Part shown: one piece after another, positions 26,009 to 38,046 of the stretch
Numbering within the stretch: position 1 is the first letter of the stretch
How the letters are laid out: each line of letters opens with the position of its first letter
Assembly: GCF_004010195.1 (NCBI RefSeq)
Contig: NC_057718.1
Coordinates: forward strand, 61,032,233-61,096,232
Length of the DNA stretch: 64,000 bases
Reading direction: 5' to 3'
Source of the DNA: Chiloscyllium plagiosum
Lineage: Eukaryota
Notes under the pieces: generated by a model
What the model was told of the DNA's origin: nothing
Seen by the model: the letters and a program-made list of their open reading frames with translations, nothing else
Databases searched by the model: none
Translations under genes and position numbers: made by a program

Positions 26009-27399
26009 CAAGCAACTCCACGCTAAGGGCTTTAACTTAGGATGGTCTATAATGCAAATTAGAAGATTGATATTGAAGAACTGAATAACCTACATGCAGT
26101 TGTTTAGTATCTAAGTGTTTTTATTTATATTTCCTACAAGAAAGCCTTATGAAGTTGTTGGTCAGTTTGTAGATGCATAAAATTAGAGATGGCCAGGGTG
26201 AAGTAGTTCCTTTAATAGCTAATTAATACATGATCTTCCGATGTTCATCATTTACTATGATAATCATGATGACCTAAATATGATAATCTATTTTACTAAG
26301 CAACACACCAAAAAATTGACCATGGTAAACTAAAATTCTAAATTTATGTCTTTTATCAACTGAAATCAATGAGGTTTAAAGTATTACCACTGTCCTTGTC
26401 ATCAAAATCAAGGGGCAACACAAGTTGTCTCAAAACTCACAAAATAACAGTAATGCCATACCGTCATCATCATCATCATCACTACCAGGGTTTAGGCACG
26501 TTCTATGAGTATTACAGACAGAGTGAGTTACTGTATGAAACCTAAGACAGCTTTATCAAGTTTCCTCCCTGGATCGGATTCATTAGGATGCAGTCTGTCA
26601 GTTAAATGACCCTGTTTTCTCCCATATGCTGACTATCTGTAGAAGAAGTCATTTACCCAGTTAACTGTCAAGGTCAAGAGTATATTGTCCTTGTCATCAG
26701 TCTCTCTGGCAGAGGTCAAGGATAAACTTTCTTCAAAAGGACAGCATGGTGCAATGAAGACGCTGAAGCAAAGTAAACGAAACCTTCATCCAGTCAATTA
26801 ACAGTCCACTGGGTAAAGCAGCCACCAAATTAACCCCTTCCTAAATTCAACTGCATGATATCAGTTTATATTGATGATGTCTTCATTTTAGGAAATGGCA
26901 TGTTTTATCTCATTAGTTTATAAGGTAAAAATTGTAACATACCCTCATCTTGATTTTTACACAAAAGAAATTTGAAATGATAGTTTAACAGACATTGAAT
27001 CTGTTTACAGTTTAACTTGTACAATGTACCAATTCAAAGTCAAAATGAAATTTTCTTGATCAAGTAAATCTTCTGTGTGTCATCAAATAACAGTGACCAT
27101 GAAAAATATTCACTTTCAGTCCAAATGGGAGATCAGCAGTTGAATATCCTGATCATCAATTCCTTGATACTGTATTAAATTAAAGATTTTTGTTATCCAT
27201 ATTAAAAAAAAATTAATAACAAGAAATTACTGACTTAGAATATTCACATTCATGTCAAACACTTCAGGAAATGAGTTTGCAGAATATCAAATAGTGCATG
27301 CAGCAAGAAGTGGATAAAATCAGAGTTGTGTTGTAAGTAGAATTTGCACTACACAATTGGCAGATAATGACTGTGTCCTACAAAAGACATAGTCTTTTT

Positions 27400-27527
27400 C
27401 TGAAGAAGGGCTTATGCCCGAAACGTCGATTCTCCTGTTCCCTGGATGCTGCCTGACCTGCTGCGCTTTTCCAGCAACACATTTTCAGCTCTGATCTCCA
27501 GCATCTGCAGACCTCACTTTCTCCTCC
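27400..27527 (+). mobile_element. Short PLE-derived element with intact hammerhead core
   Basis: CTGAAGA-A-GGGC ttat GCCC-GAAA-CGTC at 27400-27427; TSD tcctacaaaagaca at 27376-27389 and 27525-27538. Confidence 0.85.
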
Positions 27528-27789
27528 TACAAAAGACAGTAAACCTACTTCCTCATAATATACAACAGTGTTGCAATCATAAGTCACTTAATACAGCAGA
27601 GAGGAAAGCAAAATGAAGAAGCTTACAAAAGGCATGGCCCACAAATAGAGTGTGCAGGCAGAGGCTGTATTCACTTGTCTTTGTCAGAGGTGTGGCACTT
27701 GCAAAGACACAAATCGTTGTGCCTACTAATGATAAACATCAGCAGCATCTTCAAAGAAGTCATGCTTCCTGCTAGATCTGGTGGTTGTA

Positions 27790-28385
27790 TGTTAATATGG
27801 CTATCAAAGTGACCACCACCTTTAATTTTATCACTTACTCGAGTTCTTTTTCAAGAGATAGAGATTCAGGGCACTCAGTCAGCATTGACAAATGCTCAAG
27901 ACAGGTAACTGACAACTTGTTTGCCACTAAATGAACTTCAGATGTCAGGATGCCCGTGAAAATGAGCAGAGATTTCAGGGTTGTCTAACTTGCTGGCTTC
28001 GCACAAGACACTATGGACTGCTCACACATGACAATTCACACTAGACCAGATCAATAAGGTCTATTTGTGAACCACAAACCTTTCATTTCATAAACATGCA
28101 GCTGAAGTGCGAGAAACCATTTATGCGGGTGGGCATGAGTTTCCCTGGGAGCTTCCAGGATGCTTTCATCTTGCTAAACTCTCAGATGTTTTTGGAGCTG
28201 CCAGCAGACTGAAGGAGTGGTTACTTTAAAACAAAGGATATTCACTTCAAACATTGCTGATAACACTCGTGAGACACCGAACTAATGATGCCCAAGGGCA
28301 ATACACTGAAATTCAATACGACCATCTGATGTGCCATTGAGCAACAGATTGGCATGCACAAGGTAAGCTTCATGTGATATTGTCA
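27790..28385 (+). mobile_element. PIF/Harbinger DDE transposase relic (HARBI1-like family), decayed
   Basis: Across frameshifts: MAIKVTTTFNF, LAGFAQDTMDCSHMTI, FVNHK, NMQLKC, FPGSFQDAFIL, WLL*NKGYSLQTLLITLV, AIEQQIGMHKVSF, collinear with Harbinger motifs IDCTH, NRKG, PGSxHD, WLLGD, IExxFG. Confidence 0.85.
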
Positions 28386-30300
28386 ATGCAAATAAGGATA
28401 TGGCAGACATTGAATAATTAGAGTATTTATAACAGAGGAAGAGGTCAGCCTGCCAACTATTCCAATAAAATGATCATTGAATGAGGGACAAATTAATGTA
28501 AGGAAGATAATGTTATTGGAAAAATTAATAGCACTTATGAATGACAAATCTCCAGGTCCGTATGTTTTCATTGGAAGTAGGAATGTCTCGGGATTTGTTT
28601 ACGTGGACTTTGAAAAAGCTTTTCGTAAAGTCCAACATAAGAAACTGTTAGCTCAAGTTGAATCTCATGGAATTGAAGACAAATTATTAACCTGCTTTGG
28701 GAATTGGCTGAGTGGCAGAAGACAGAACACGAATAATGGGCAGCTGCTCTTGGCAAGCTGTGACTAGTGGCGCCTCACAAGGATCTGCATTGAGACCTCA
28801 GTGATTTACTCTACTTATTACTGACTCTGGATGAAATGTTTTCCAATCTGTTGGTGACCATAAGATAGGCGATAATGTTAGCAGTGTAGATTAAAAAAAA
28901 TGAAAATGAAATACTTAAAAATTAAGTGGATGGAAAAAAAACTGTGGCAAATTAACTTCCCCATGAGCAAATATGAAACTACCAATTTTTGTTAAACTTA
29001 CCTTATTTTGAGAGTAAAAAAAAAGAACATTGGTTGCCCAAAAAAGACTTGCAGGTTCAAGTACTGGGATTTTAAAAATATCAACATTTACTGATTTAAT
29101 CAAAAAGCATAATGGAATGCTGGCTTTTACAATTTGAGGATTAGAATAGAATGGGATAGGAGCAATGCTTTGTCTATACAAAGCCCTGGTTAGACCATGC
29201 CAGGAGTTCATTGAATGGTTCTGACACTACACCTTGCTGCTGCAATTGGTAGCTATACCTACCTGGAGGCTTGCTGTCACAAAACAGAAATAGCTGGAGA
29301 AACTCAGCAGGTCTAGCAGCATCTCTGGGAAGAAAGCAGAGTTAACATTTCACGTCTAGTGACTCATCAGAACTACTGTCATGATCTTGCATCATCCTCA
29401 CACATCCATCCAGCTTGCTTGTAACCTCTGCAGCATCTATCATCTAACTACACCTATGTCGACTCTCATTTCTGCTGTCCTCCACTTTGCGCTTGAGAAG
29501 AGATTCCTGCAGCTTTTCAGCTCTGATCAAATGGATGAAATAGTGGCATTTTATTTCCTGGATGTCATTGCTAGGGTTTCTTTTGCTCTAGCAATTTCAA
29601 GTAGATTTTCATGTCCGTATGGACTCTTTTAACATATAATTTCAAAGGACTTTATTTGCTTCCATTGATCTTTACTTCACGTCTGGGTTTTCAAGACAGC
29701 AAACTGGATTAAGTTTTCTTGTTCTTACCACAAACTTCGGCTTCGCAAAATTACTTCGTTATCTCTTCTTTCATCTAACTTCATCACACCTTTGAGGAGA
29801 TATAATGGTCTTGGAGAGAGTGTAGTCTAGATTTTTATAGCTTGATTCCAAAGGTTAAGCTGCAAGGGCAGATTAAACAAATCAGGATTATATTTTTGGA
29901 ACTTAAAAGGTTTTAAAGCATGAGTAGATTAAAATTTTCAAGATATTCATAGGAACTGATGGCATGGATTGGGAGAAACTAGTTCTGCTAGTTTGAGACT
30001 CGATATCGGAAAGTGATTGTCTAAAAACTACAAACAAATCTTCCATAACTAAAACGAGGGGAAAAAAAGGCTTCATCCAAGCTGTAGCAGAGGTTGGAAC
30101 TCTCTTGTGCAAATAGTGATAGATGATAGGTCAATTGATCTCAGCTAGGACTTGAGGTTCATCAATTTTTGTTATCTGAAATTATTGAGGGATAAAAGGG
30201 AAATGTGAGTATGAGAGGTTGGGTTTCAGCTTAGTAACGATCTCAGTGAATGAGGGAATAAGCTCAAGTTATTAAATGTTACTCATGTTCCACTATTTCC
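28385..30300 (+). mobile_element. Old fragmented CR1 LINE (28385-29230 and 29790-30300) with a PLE pLTR piece at about 29275-29370
   Basis: KSPGP, VYVDFEKAFRKVQHKKLL, LYKALVRP motifs; decayed 3' UTR. Confidence 0.8.
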
Positions 30301-30424
30301 ATGATCTTACATTCCTGAACAGATACGGTCGCATTCTTAGCTATGAAAGAGCCAGAATATTGTGCTGTGCTGCATGTTGCATAGCCCTGAGGGTTGGAAC
30401 TGCAATAGGAATATCATCCATTAT

Positions 30425-30522
30425 GTTAAAAACAATGACTGCAGATGCTGGAAACCAGATTCTGGATTAGTGGTGCTGGAAGAGCACAGCAATTCAGGCA
30501 GCATCCGAGGACAGGCAAAATC
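30425..30522 (-). mobile_element. Short PLE-derived element truncated at the hammerhead cleavage position
   Basis: Same family as 44948-45101 and 52945-53078; TSD atcatccattat at 30413-30424 and 30520-30531. Confidence 0.8.
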
Positions 30523-31654
30523 ATCCATTATCCAATTTGACAAGGGTGAGAGGGAAATTGATTTGAGAAACATGGCAACAATGTCTAGGAAGTTATGGAT
30601 GCTTTAGTAATTTAAGATTTGGTTATTTACCGCCAATGGACTCATGAGGTCCTTCCAATATTACTCTTCCAACTCCTGCAATATCATACTTACAAGATAA
30701 TCTTAGAAATAATTATGCTCTACGGACTCATCCTGATTTCTCTGGCATTGTTAGAAATGATATGGAGTTGAAGGTTACCCTCAATGTAGATGATGTTTTG
30801 CTATTTGTCTCAAACTTCTCTCTCTCCATTCCCACTGCACTTTCAGTTTTAGAATCATTCAGTAAGATTTCTGGGTACAAATTGAATTTTAGCAAAAGTG
30901 AGATATTTGCTATCAATAAGGCTGCCATGGAATGCCCACTAGATAATTTAGCATTTAAAATTGCCAACTCTGGTTTTATTTATCTTGGTGTACACGTGGC
31001 AGATCCACTAGGAAATTTGTACAGGAAAGATTTTGAACCATTACTGGCACAAATTAAATGAGACTTTAAACGATCGTCTCTCATTAACTTGTCTGTTGCT
31101 GATCGAATTAATTCCATTAAAATGAATATTTTTCCACAATTTTCTTATTTATTTCAATGCATACCAATTTTTCTCCCTCTTTGCTTTTTCCATAAAATAG
31201 AGAGTCATATTCTTGAATTTATTTGGATTACAAAAACAGTTGTTACAGAGTTCTAAGGTACTAGGTAGAATGGTGCTGCTGAGTAATTTGTTTTATTATT
31301 AGACAGCAAGCATCAGAAATTTGAACTATTGGCTCTCCCAATTTGATTGGCTATTGAGGCAAATTCCACCCATCCGGTAACATTGAAGGCTTTGTTGCCT
31401 TCACCTCTCCTTTCTTCGACCTCAATTTATATGAACAATGTAATTGTTTTCTCCTGTCTTAAAGTTTGGTTTCAATTTAGACGCCACTTTGGTTTCAGTC
31501 TTTTTTTTCACTAAGACACCATTGGCGGCAAATCATATTATTCCCTCATCTTTAGTGGGTAGTGCCTTTTCTGGTTGGGCTAAGTTAGAAATAAAAACTA
31601 TGAAAGATTAATATGTTGATGTCGTTTTTACATCTTTTCAACAATTAGTTTATG

Positions 31655-32108
31655 TTTGATGTGCTGAAACCAACATGGTCATTCTAAAAGATTTGGTGAC
31701 GGCAGTGTTGGACTGGGATGTACAAAGTTAAAAATCACACAACACCAGGTTATAGTTCAACAGGTTTATTTGGAGGCACTAGTTTTCAAAGCACTGCCCC
31801 TTCATCAGGTGGTTGTCTTCCAAATAAACCTGTTGGACTATAACCTGGTGTTATGTGATTTTTAACATTCTAAAAGATGAGAGACTTAACAAACAATCCA
31901 GGTCTTTTTCAATATATTATTTCAGTTGAATCACACTGTAAACTTTTGCTCTAAATTCCATGTCTTATAATCTTATACTCCACAACCACCTGATGAAGGA
32001 GCGTCGCTCCGAAAGCTAGTGCTTCCAAATAAATCTGTTGGACTATAAGCTGGTATTGTGTAAATTTTAACATTGTACATCTCAATCCAATACTGGCTCC
32101 TCCAAATC
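31655..32108 (+). mobile_element. Penelope-like pLTR element with a same-family palindromic copy nested inside; two hammerhead motifs
   Basis: CAC-CTGATGA-A-GGAGC gtc GCTCC-GAAA-GCTA-GTG at 31987-32021; inverted decayed copy at about 31777-31812; TSD cattctaaaagat at 31680-31692 and 31866-31878. Confidence 0.85.
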
Positions 32109-32242
32109 TTGACAAGTTTTCACTTCCTAAAAGCCCCTTCTTTAGATCCCTCCAAGATCGCAGTTTTGTCCATAGTTCATTTCAGATTTTCCCTGCCCTT
32201 CTGAATGATTCTGATTTTGACACCTTTCTAGAACCTCTTTAC

Positions 32243-33735
32243 AGAGTCATAGAGATGTACAGCACAGAAACAGACTCTTCGGTCCAACTCGTCCATGCCG
32301 ACCAGATATCCCAACCCATTCTAGTCTCACCTGCCAGCACCCGGTTCATATCCTGCCAAACTCATCCAACTCATATACCCATCCAAATGCCTTTAAATGT
32401 TGCAATTGTACCAGTCTCCACCACTTCCTCTGGCACCTCATACCATACATGTACCACCCTCTGTATGAAAAATTGCTCCTTCGGTCTTTTATATCTTTCG
32501 CCTCTCACCCTAAACCTATGCCCTCTAGTTCTGGACTCCCTTCACCCTCGGGAAAAGACTTTGCCTATTTATCCTATCCATGCCCCTCATAATTTTGTAA
32601 ACCTCCATCAGGTCACGCCTCAGCTTCCAACGCTCCAGGGAAAACAGCCCCAGCCTGTTCAGCCTCTCCCTATAACTCAAATCCTCCAACCCTGGCAACA
32701 TCCTTGTAAATCTTTTCTGAACCCTTTCAAGTTTCACAACATCTTTCCGATAGGAAGGAGACCAGAATTGCACGCAATACTCCAACAGTGGCCTAACCAA
32801 TGTCCTGTACAGCCGCAACATGACCTCCCAACTCCTGTACTCAATACTCTGACAAATAAAGGAAAGCATGCCAAATGCCTTCTTCACTATCTTTTCTACC
32901 TGCGACTCTACTTTCAAGGAACTATGAACCTGCACTCCAAGGTCTCTTTGTTCAGCAACACTCCCTAGGACCTCACCATTAAGTGTTAAGTCCGGCTAAG
33001 ATTTGCTTTCCCCAAATGCAACACCTCGCATTTATCTGATTTAAATTCCATCTGCCACTTTTCAGCCCATTGGCCCATCTGATCAAGATCCTGTTGTAAT
33101 CTTCTTTGCTGTCCACTACACTTCCAATTTCGGTGTCATCTGCAAACCTACTAACTATATCTCTTATGCTCACATCCAAATCATTTATATAAATGACAAA
33201 AAGCAGTGGACCTAGCACCAATCCTTGTGGCACTCCAGTGGTCACAGGCCTCCAGTCTGAAAAACAACCCTCCACCACCACCCTCTGTCTTCTACTTTTG
33301 AGCCAGCTCTGTATCCAGATGGCTAGTTCTCTCTGTAATCTAACCTTGCTAACCAGTCTCCCATGGGGAACCTTGTCGAATGCCTTACTGAAGTCCATAT
33401 AGATCACATCTACCACTCTGCCCTCATCAAACCTCTTTGCTACTTCTTCAAAAAACTCAATCAAGTTTGTGAGATATGATTTCCCTTGCACAAAGCCATG
33501 TTAACTATCCCTAATCAGTCCTTGCCTTTCCAAATACATATACATCCTGTCCCTCAGGATTCCCTCCAACAACTTGCCCGCCACTGACATCAGGCTCACT
33601 GGTCTACAGTTCCCTGGCTTGTCCTTACCACCTTTCTTAAACAGTGGCACCACATTAGCCAACCTCCAGTCTGCCAGCACCTCATCTGTGACTATCGATG
33701 ATACAAATATCTCAGTAAGAGGCCCAGAAATCATC
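32243..33735 (-). mobile_element. Young CR1 (HER1-type) LINE, 1.5 kb, inserted in the L1 relic
   Basis: [56 protein letters not shown]. Confidence 0.97.
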
Positions 33736-35547
33736 TTCATTAAAGGGGGCTATTTCAGCTTTTATTTAAATGTTCATAAAGTATGATGAGATTCTCTTGA
33801 TTCTATTAAAGCTTTCTGGGAGGCAGATCTGGAAGAGGTAATACTGGGTGATGTGAGGGATGAGATTTTACAAAGGGTGCACAGATCTTCTTTCTGTGCA
33901 AAACATTGTTTTATTCAATGCAAGATTCTGCACCATGCTCACTACGCCAAAACTCAACTTTCAAACATATTTATGGTGTCGTCCCCGTCCTGTGATCGGT
34001 GTCAATAAACCCGATATTGGACTGATATCTTTGACATCTCACCTAAGGTATCCGGCGACAATCTTACTTCTCATGCTGTTACTGCTTTGTTTGGGGTATC
34101 ACCCTCTTTACCTAATCTTTCTTCCTCTAAAAAAATACATGATAGCATTCACTACCCTATTGGCCAGAAGACTGATATTAAAATGGAAATCCCTAATTCC
34201 ACCTACTCATTCACACTGGGTTAGAGATGTGCTAGACTTTTTTAAATAGACAACTTTAGATTATCCTTATCTGGCTCCTCTAACAAATTTACAAAAATCT
34301 GGAACCCTTTTCTTTCATATGTTAGGGGTATTATTGTCTTTTTAACTGGTCCAGAATGAGGTATCTTCTGTTGTGACGATTTATTTTCTTTTGCGAATGC
34401 AGTTATCTCACTGCTGGTCTAATTTATCATGGTTTTGTGCTTTGTATATGTTTATATTTATTAGGGTTGTTTGTCACTTTTTTGGTTTGTATTTTGGGAG
34501 AGGTATATACCATGGGGAGCATGGTCAGGGTTTGTTTGCAGTTGTTTATTGCTTGTGATTGCACCTTGTTGGAGAAAGAAACAATATGTTTTTTAGAAAG
34601 GAATAGCTATGCACCCAATTAACACCCCTTCATTGGTCCCTGTCAATTCATGTCTTCACATTCAAGATGAGGCAACTGAGAAGCTACCTTACTACCTAGC
34701 AACTAAGTTGGACAACACTGGAAAATTGTGCAAAGTAACACAATTTATGACAGGCCTTACAGACATCACAATGTAATATTTTCTTCTACACCCATGCACA
34801 TGTCATTATGTCAGAAAGACTTGTTTCCCTTTTTCCCTGGAGCTCTAAGTGGCTTTAATATATGTAAAATCATGTTGCTCCGATCAAAGAGCTGCTTAGC
34901 CGTTGATTACGAGGTTTTGAAATCAGTAAGGACACTGCCAGTGAATGTTCTTCTATTGAGCTAGCCACTACATCTGTGCAACAGTATCCTGTGACATGAG
35001 GCTAGTGATTGAGCAGAATTCTACATCTTCTCAGCAATTTTGAGCTGTCTGATTGAACAGCCTGTCAATACGTTCCATATTTTGCTATTGTGTCAATAAC
35101 CATCTTTCTCAATAATGGCCAGAGGAAAAGATGTGGAGAGCACCGCACTCTCTGACATTGATTCTCCATGTGTCATCTGACAAAAAAATCATAAGCTCAA
35201 TTAGTTATGGCATGTTGAACTCTTAAACAAGACATGATTACTTTTTTAAAGAAAATATCTATAATCCAAAACTTACAATATAAATCCTGAGAATGAAATC
35301 CACTGAATGATGCAAGCTCCAAGGTGAGCCTATGGAATGTGACACCTGTAGGGTGTCAGGGAAAGCTTGAACAAATAGAAGAAATGCAAGGTAAAGTCTG
35401 ATTAACCCTCTCAAGCCATCTTCTGCAGACTACTGTCCAAACTGTGAGTAACAAGAGATGTTTGTGTTTTACCTTCTCAGCAATACACAAGAACAGGGGT
35501 TAAAAATCTCTGTGGCACTACTTAAGGGGCTGGTGTGAGAGTGTGAA

Positions 35548-35872
35548 GATTAGATTAGATTAGATTACATTACATTACAGTGTGGAAACAGGCCCTTCGG
35601 CCCAACAAGTCCACACCGACCCGCCAAAGCGCAACCCACCCATACCCCTACATTTACCCCTTACTTAACACTACGGGCAATTTAGCATGGCCAATTCACC
35701 TGACCTGCACATCTTTAGACTGTGGGAGGAAACCAGAGCACCCGGAGGAAACCCATGCAGACACGGGGAGAACGTGCAAACTCCACACAGTCAGTCGCCT
35801 GAGGCGGGAATTGAACCCGGGTCTCCGGCGCTGTGAGGCAGCAGTGCTAACCACTGTGCCACCGTGCCGCCC
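35548..35872 (-). mobile_element. Full-length, CpG-rich (young) HE1-type SINE
   Basis: 5' GGGCGGCACGGTGGCACAGTGGTTAGC A-box, GGTTCAATTCC B-box, V-domain, (TCTAA)n/(TGTAA)n tail. Confidence 0.95.
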
Positions 35873-36259
35873 ATAACTGGTATGCTGTAAAGATCACAGC
35901 TAACGGCAGCCATTAGATGCTCATTGACTGCATTTAAAGAGAGCATCTCTCTCATCCTGAGTATTGAAAGCAAGTGAAGTCAACATTAGAAAGGAAACTG
36001 GACAAAAGCCTATCAGCTAATTTGCAGAGCTAAAAATCTTGAAATCCACTCCTTCACTGCCAACATCAGCATTATCAGTATCGTCCAACTTAAAGGCCTT
36101 AACACTCCACCATCTACTCTTCACAGAGCTTGAAAAATTGTTTCATAAATCTTTTCAATAGTTATATTTTATTTAATTCACATATCTAATCTATTTATAT
36201 GTGTGCCTCACTGTTGATGACATCTTCCATCACTTTACTGATGATCAAGAGGAAACTGA

Positions 36260-36985
36260 AGGGTCGGTAACTGGCCAGGTTGGATTTGTTTTTCGTTTTG
36301 TGTACAGGACCTACCTGAGCAATTTTACACATTCCCAGTGTTGAAGGTATAATGGAAGAGTTTGACTAGGGATGCAGGAGCGTCTGGAGCACATGTCTTA
36401 GAAAGTATTACCAGAATGTCTTTTACAATATCCAGTGCTCCAACCATTTCTTAATAGCATGTGGAGTGAATCGAAATGGCAGAAGACTGATATCTGTGAT
36501 GCTGGGGACCACTGCAGGAAGCTGAGATGAATTACACACTTGGCACCTCTAGCTGAAATTGTTGTAAATGTTTCTGCCTTATCCCTTGCACGGATATGCT
36601 GGGCTCCCCATCATTAGGATTTTGTGGAGCCTACTCTTCCAGCAAGTTGTTTAATTGTCCACCACCATTCACAATTCAATGTGGCAGGACTGCAGAACCC
36701 AGAGCCAATCTATTCGCTATGGAATCACTTAGCTCTGTCTATCATTTACTACTTATGCTGTATAGTACTCCAACAGTCTTGTTTGGTAGCTTCACCAAGT
36801 TGATACCTCATTTTTAACTGCGCTTACTACTGTTCCTGGCATGTCCTTGCACACTCTTCATTGAACCAGGGTTGATTCCCTGGCTTGATGATAATGGGAT
36901 TTACTCTCAGTTTTATAGAACTGAGTGACTTGCTCGTATTTCAGAGAGCAATTAAGAGTCAATCACATTACTGTAGGTCTGGAGG
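36260..36985 (-). mobile_element. Decayed internal fragment of second LINE family
   Basis: cactcttcattgaaccagggttga and ttaagagtcaatcacatt shared with other copies. Confidence 0.65.
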
Positions 36986-38046
36986 TGCTTTGGTCATCAA
37001 TATTTCAGGAATTTGAATCCCACCACAGTTAATGGTGAAATCCAAACCTGGGTCCCCAGAACATTAATTGGATCTCTAGATTTCTACCATCACTTCCCCT
37101 CATGAGTTAGGAATGCATCTTGGGGGCTCAATCCATGCTTTCTGCATTTGACACTCAACCAGAGTTAAAATTATAATGAGTTGGCTGCATTAAGACATAG
37201 ATACATTGAAATTATTTCAATTTTTTCTCATGGAACATTGGACCTAACCAACTCTAGTATGTTCCCAAAGTCTCATAAAACAAAAAGCTGTACTTTCAAT
37301 TCTGTCAGTCTGAAGTTTATCAGGCAATATAAACATAAGAGCTCCAGAATAGAGAACAAGAGTATCACAGAATGGTTTCAGATGGATAAATGTTTTCATC
37401 AAGTGACTATAATGCAAAAGCTAGGAAATGCCTGATCATTTTGTCTTACTGTGCCAACACACAATGCACTTACCCACCGACTTATCAAGAAACTCAGATA
37501 ATGATAACAAAAGCATAGAGAAACTCAATCAACAGAGGTATAGCGTGCTTAAAGAACATTTATATTTTGTTGAGATGTAAAGAATTTGTATGTTCTTTCT
37601 AACTCTCTTTAATGCCTGTCCAAAACTAATATTATATTTTCAAAAATAATACAATTACACAAACTGTGCAAAGCTGCTTTGGGAACTCTCATCCGTATTT
37701 TTGCAAGAAGGCTGTTACAGAAAAACAGCCAAGATGATGCCATCGCTAAATTTTGTTCGTGCCACAATATGTGGTGCTAAATCTATTCAGCATTTTTCTC
37801 AACATGCTTTTATTCTAATCCCTGCATTAGCAACTACGAAGTACTTCTGCTCTTTGCAACCTGCACAAAGGGAAGAATCAAAAGTCAAACTGAAATCTGA
37901 AAATAAATTGTGATATCATCTTAACAGTGCATGCCAACTTTTCCATTCTGCAGTCCTTAAGTTCCAAAAGCTGTGCCAAGCTTTCAAGCCACTTGCTGTT
38001 TGAGTTCCGCCAGTCTGTCTTCCAATCCATCCACAGCACCTGATCA

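Larger units (their letters stand above)
30720..34360 (+). mobile_element. L1-clade LINE ORF2 relic (RT C-terminal half to 3' end) split by PLE and CR1 insertions
   Basis: TLNVDDVLLFVS...FSKISGYKLNFSKSE...FIYLGV, RINSIKMNIFPQFSYLFQCIPI; resumes at about 32110 (KFSLPKSPFFRSLQ) and about 33740 (LARRLILKWKSLIPPTHSHW). Confidence 0.9.

Noticed and set aside
32255..32968. Longest ORF in the track (237 aa, + strand)
   Set aside because: It is the antisense frame of a young CR1 copy, not a gene.
35790..35872. tRNA-like A and B boxes
   Set aside because: They are the head of an HE1 SINE, not a tRNA gene.
37985..38040. Acceptor plus GAVDGLEDRLAELKQQVA* on the minus strand
   Set aside because: The pyrimidine tract comes from an adjacent CR1 tail repeat, so the splice signal is probably incidental.
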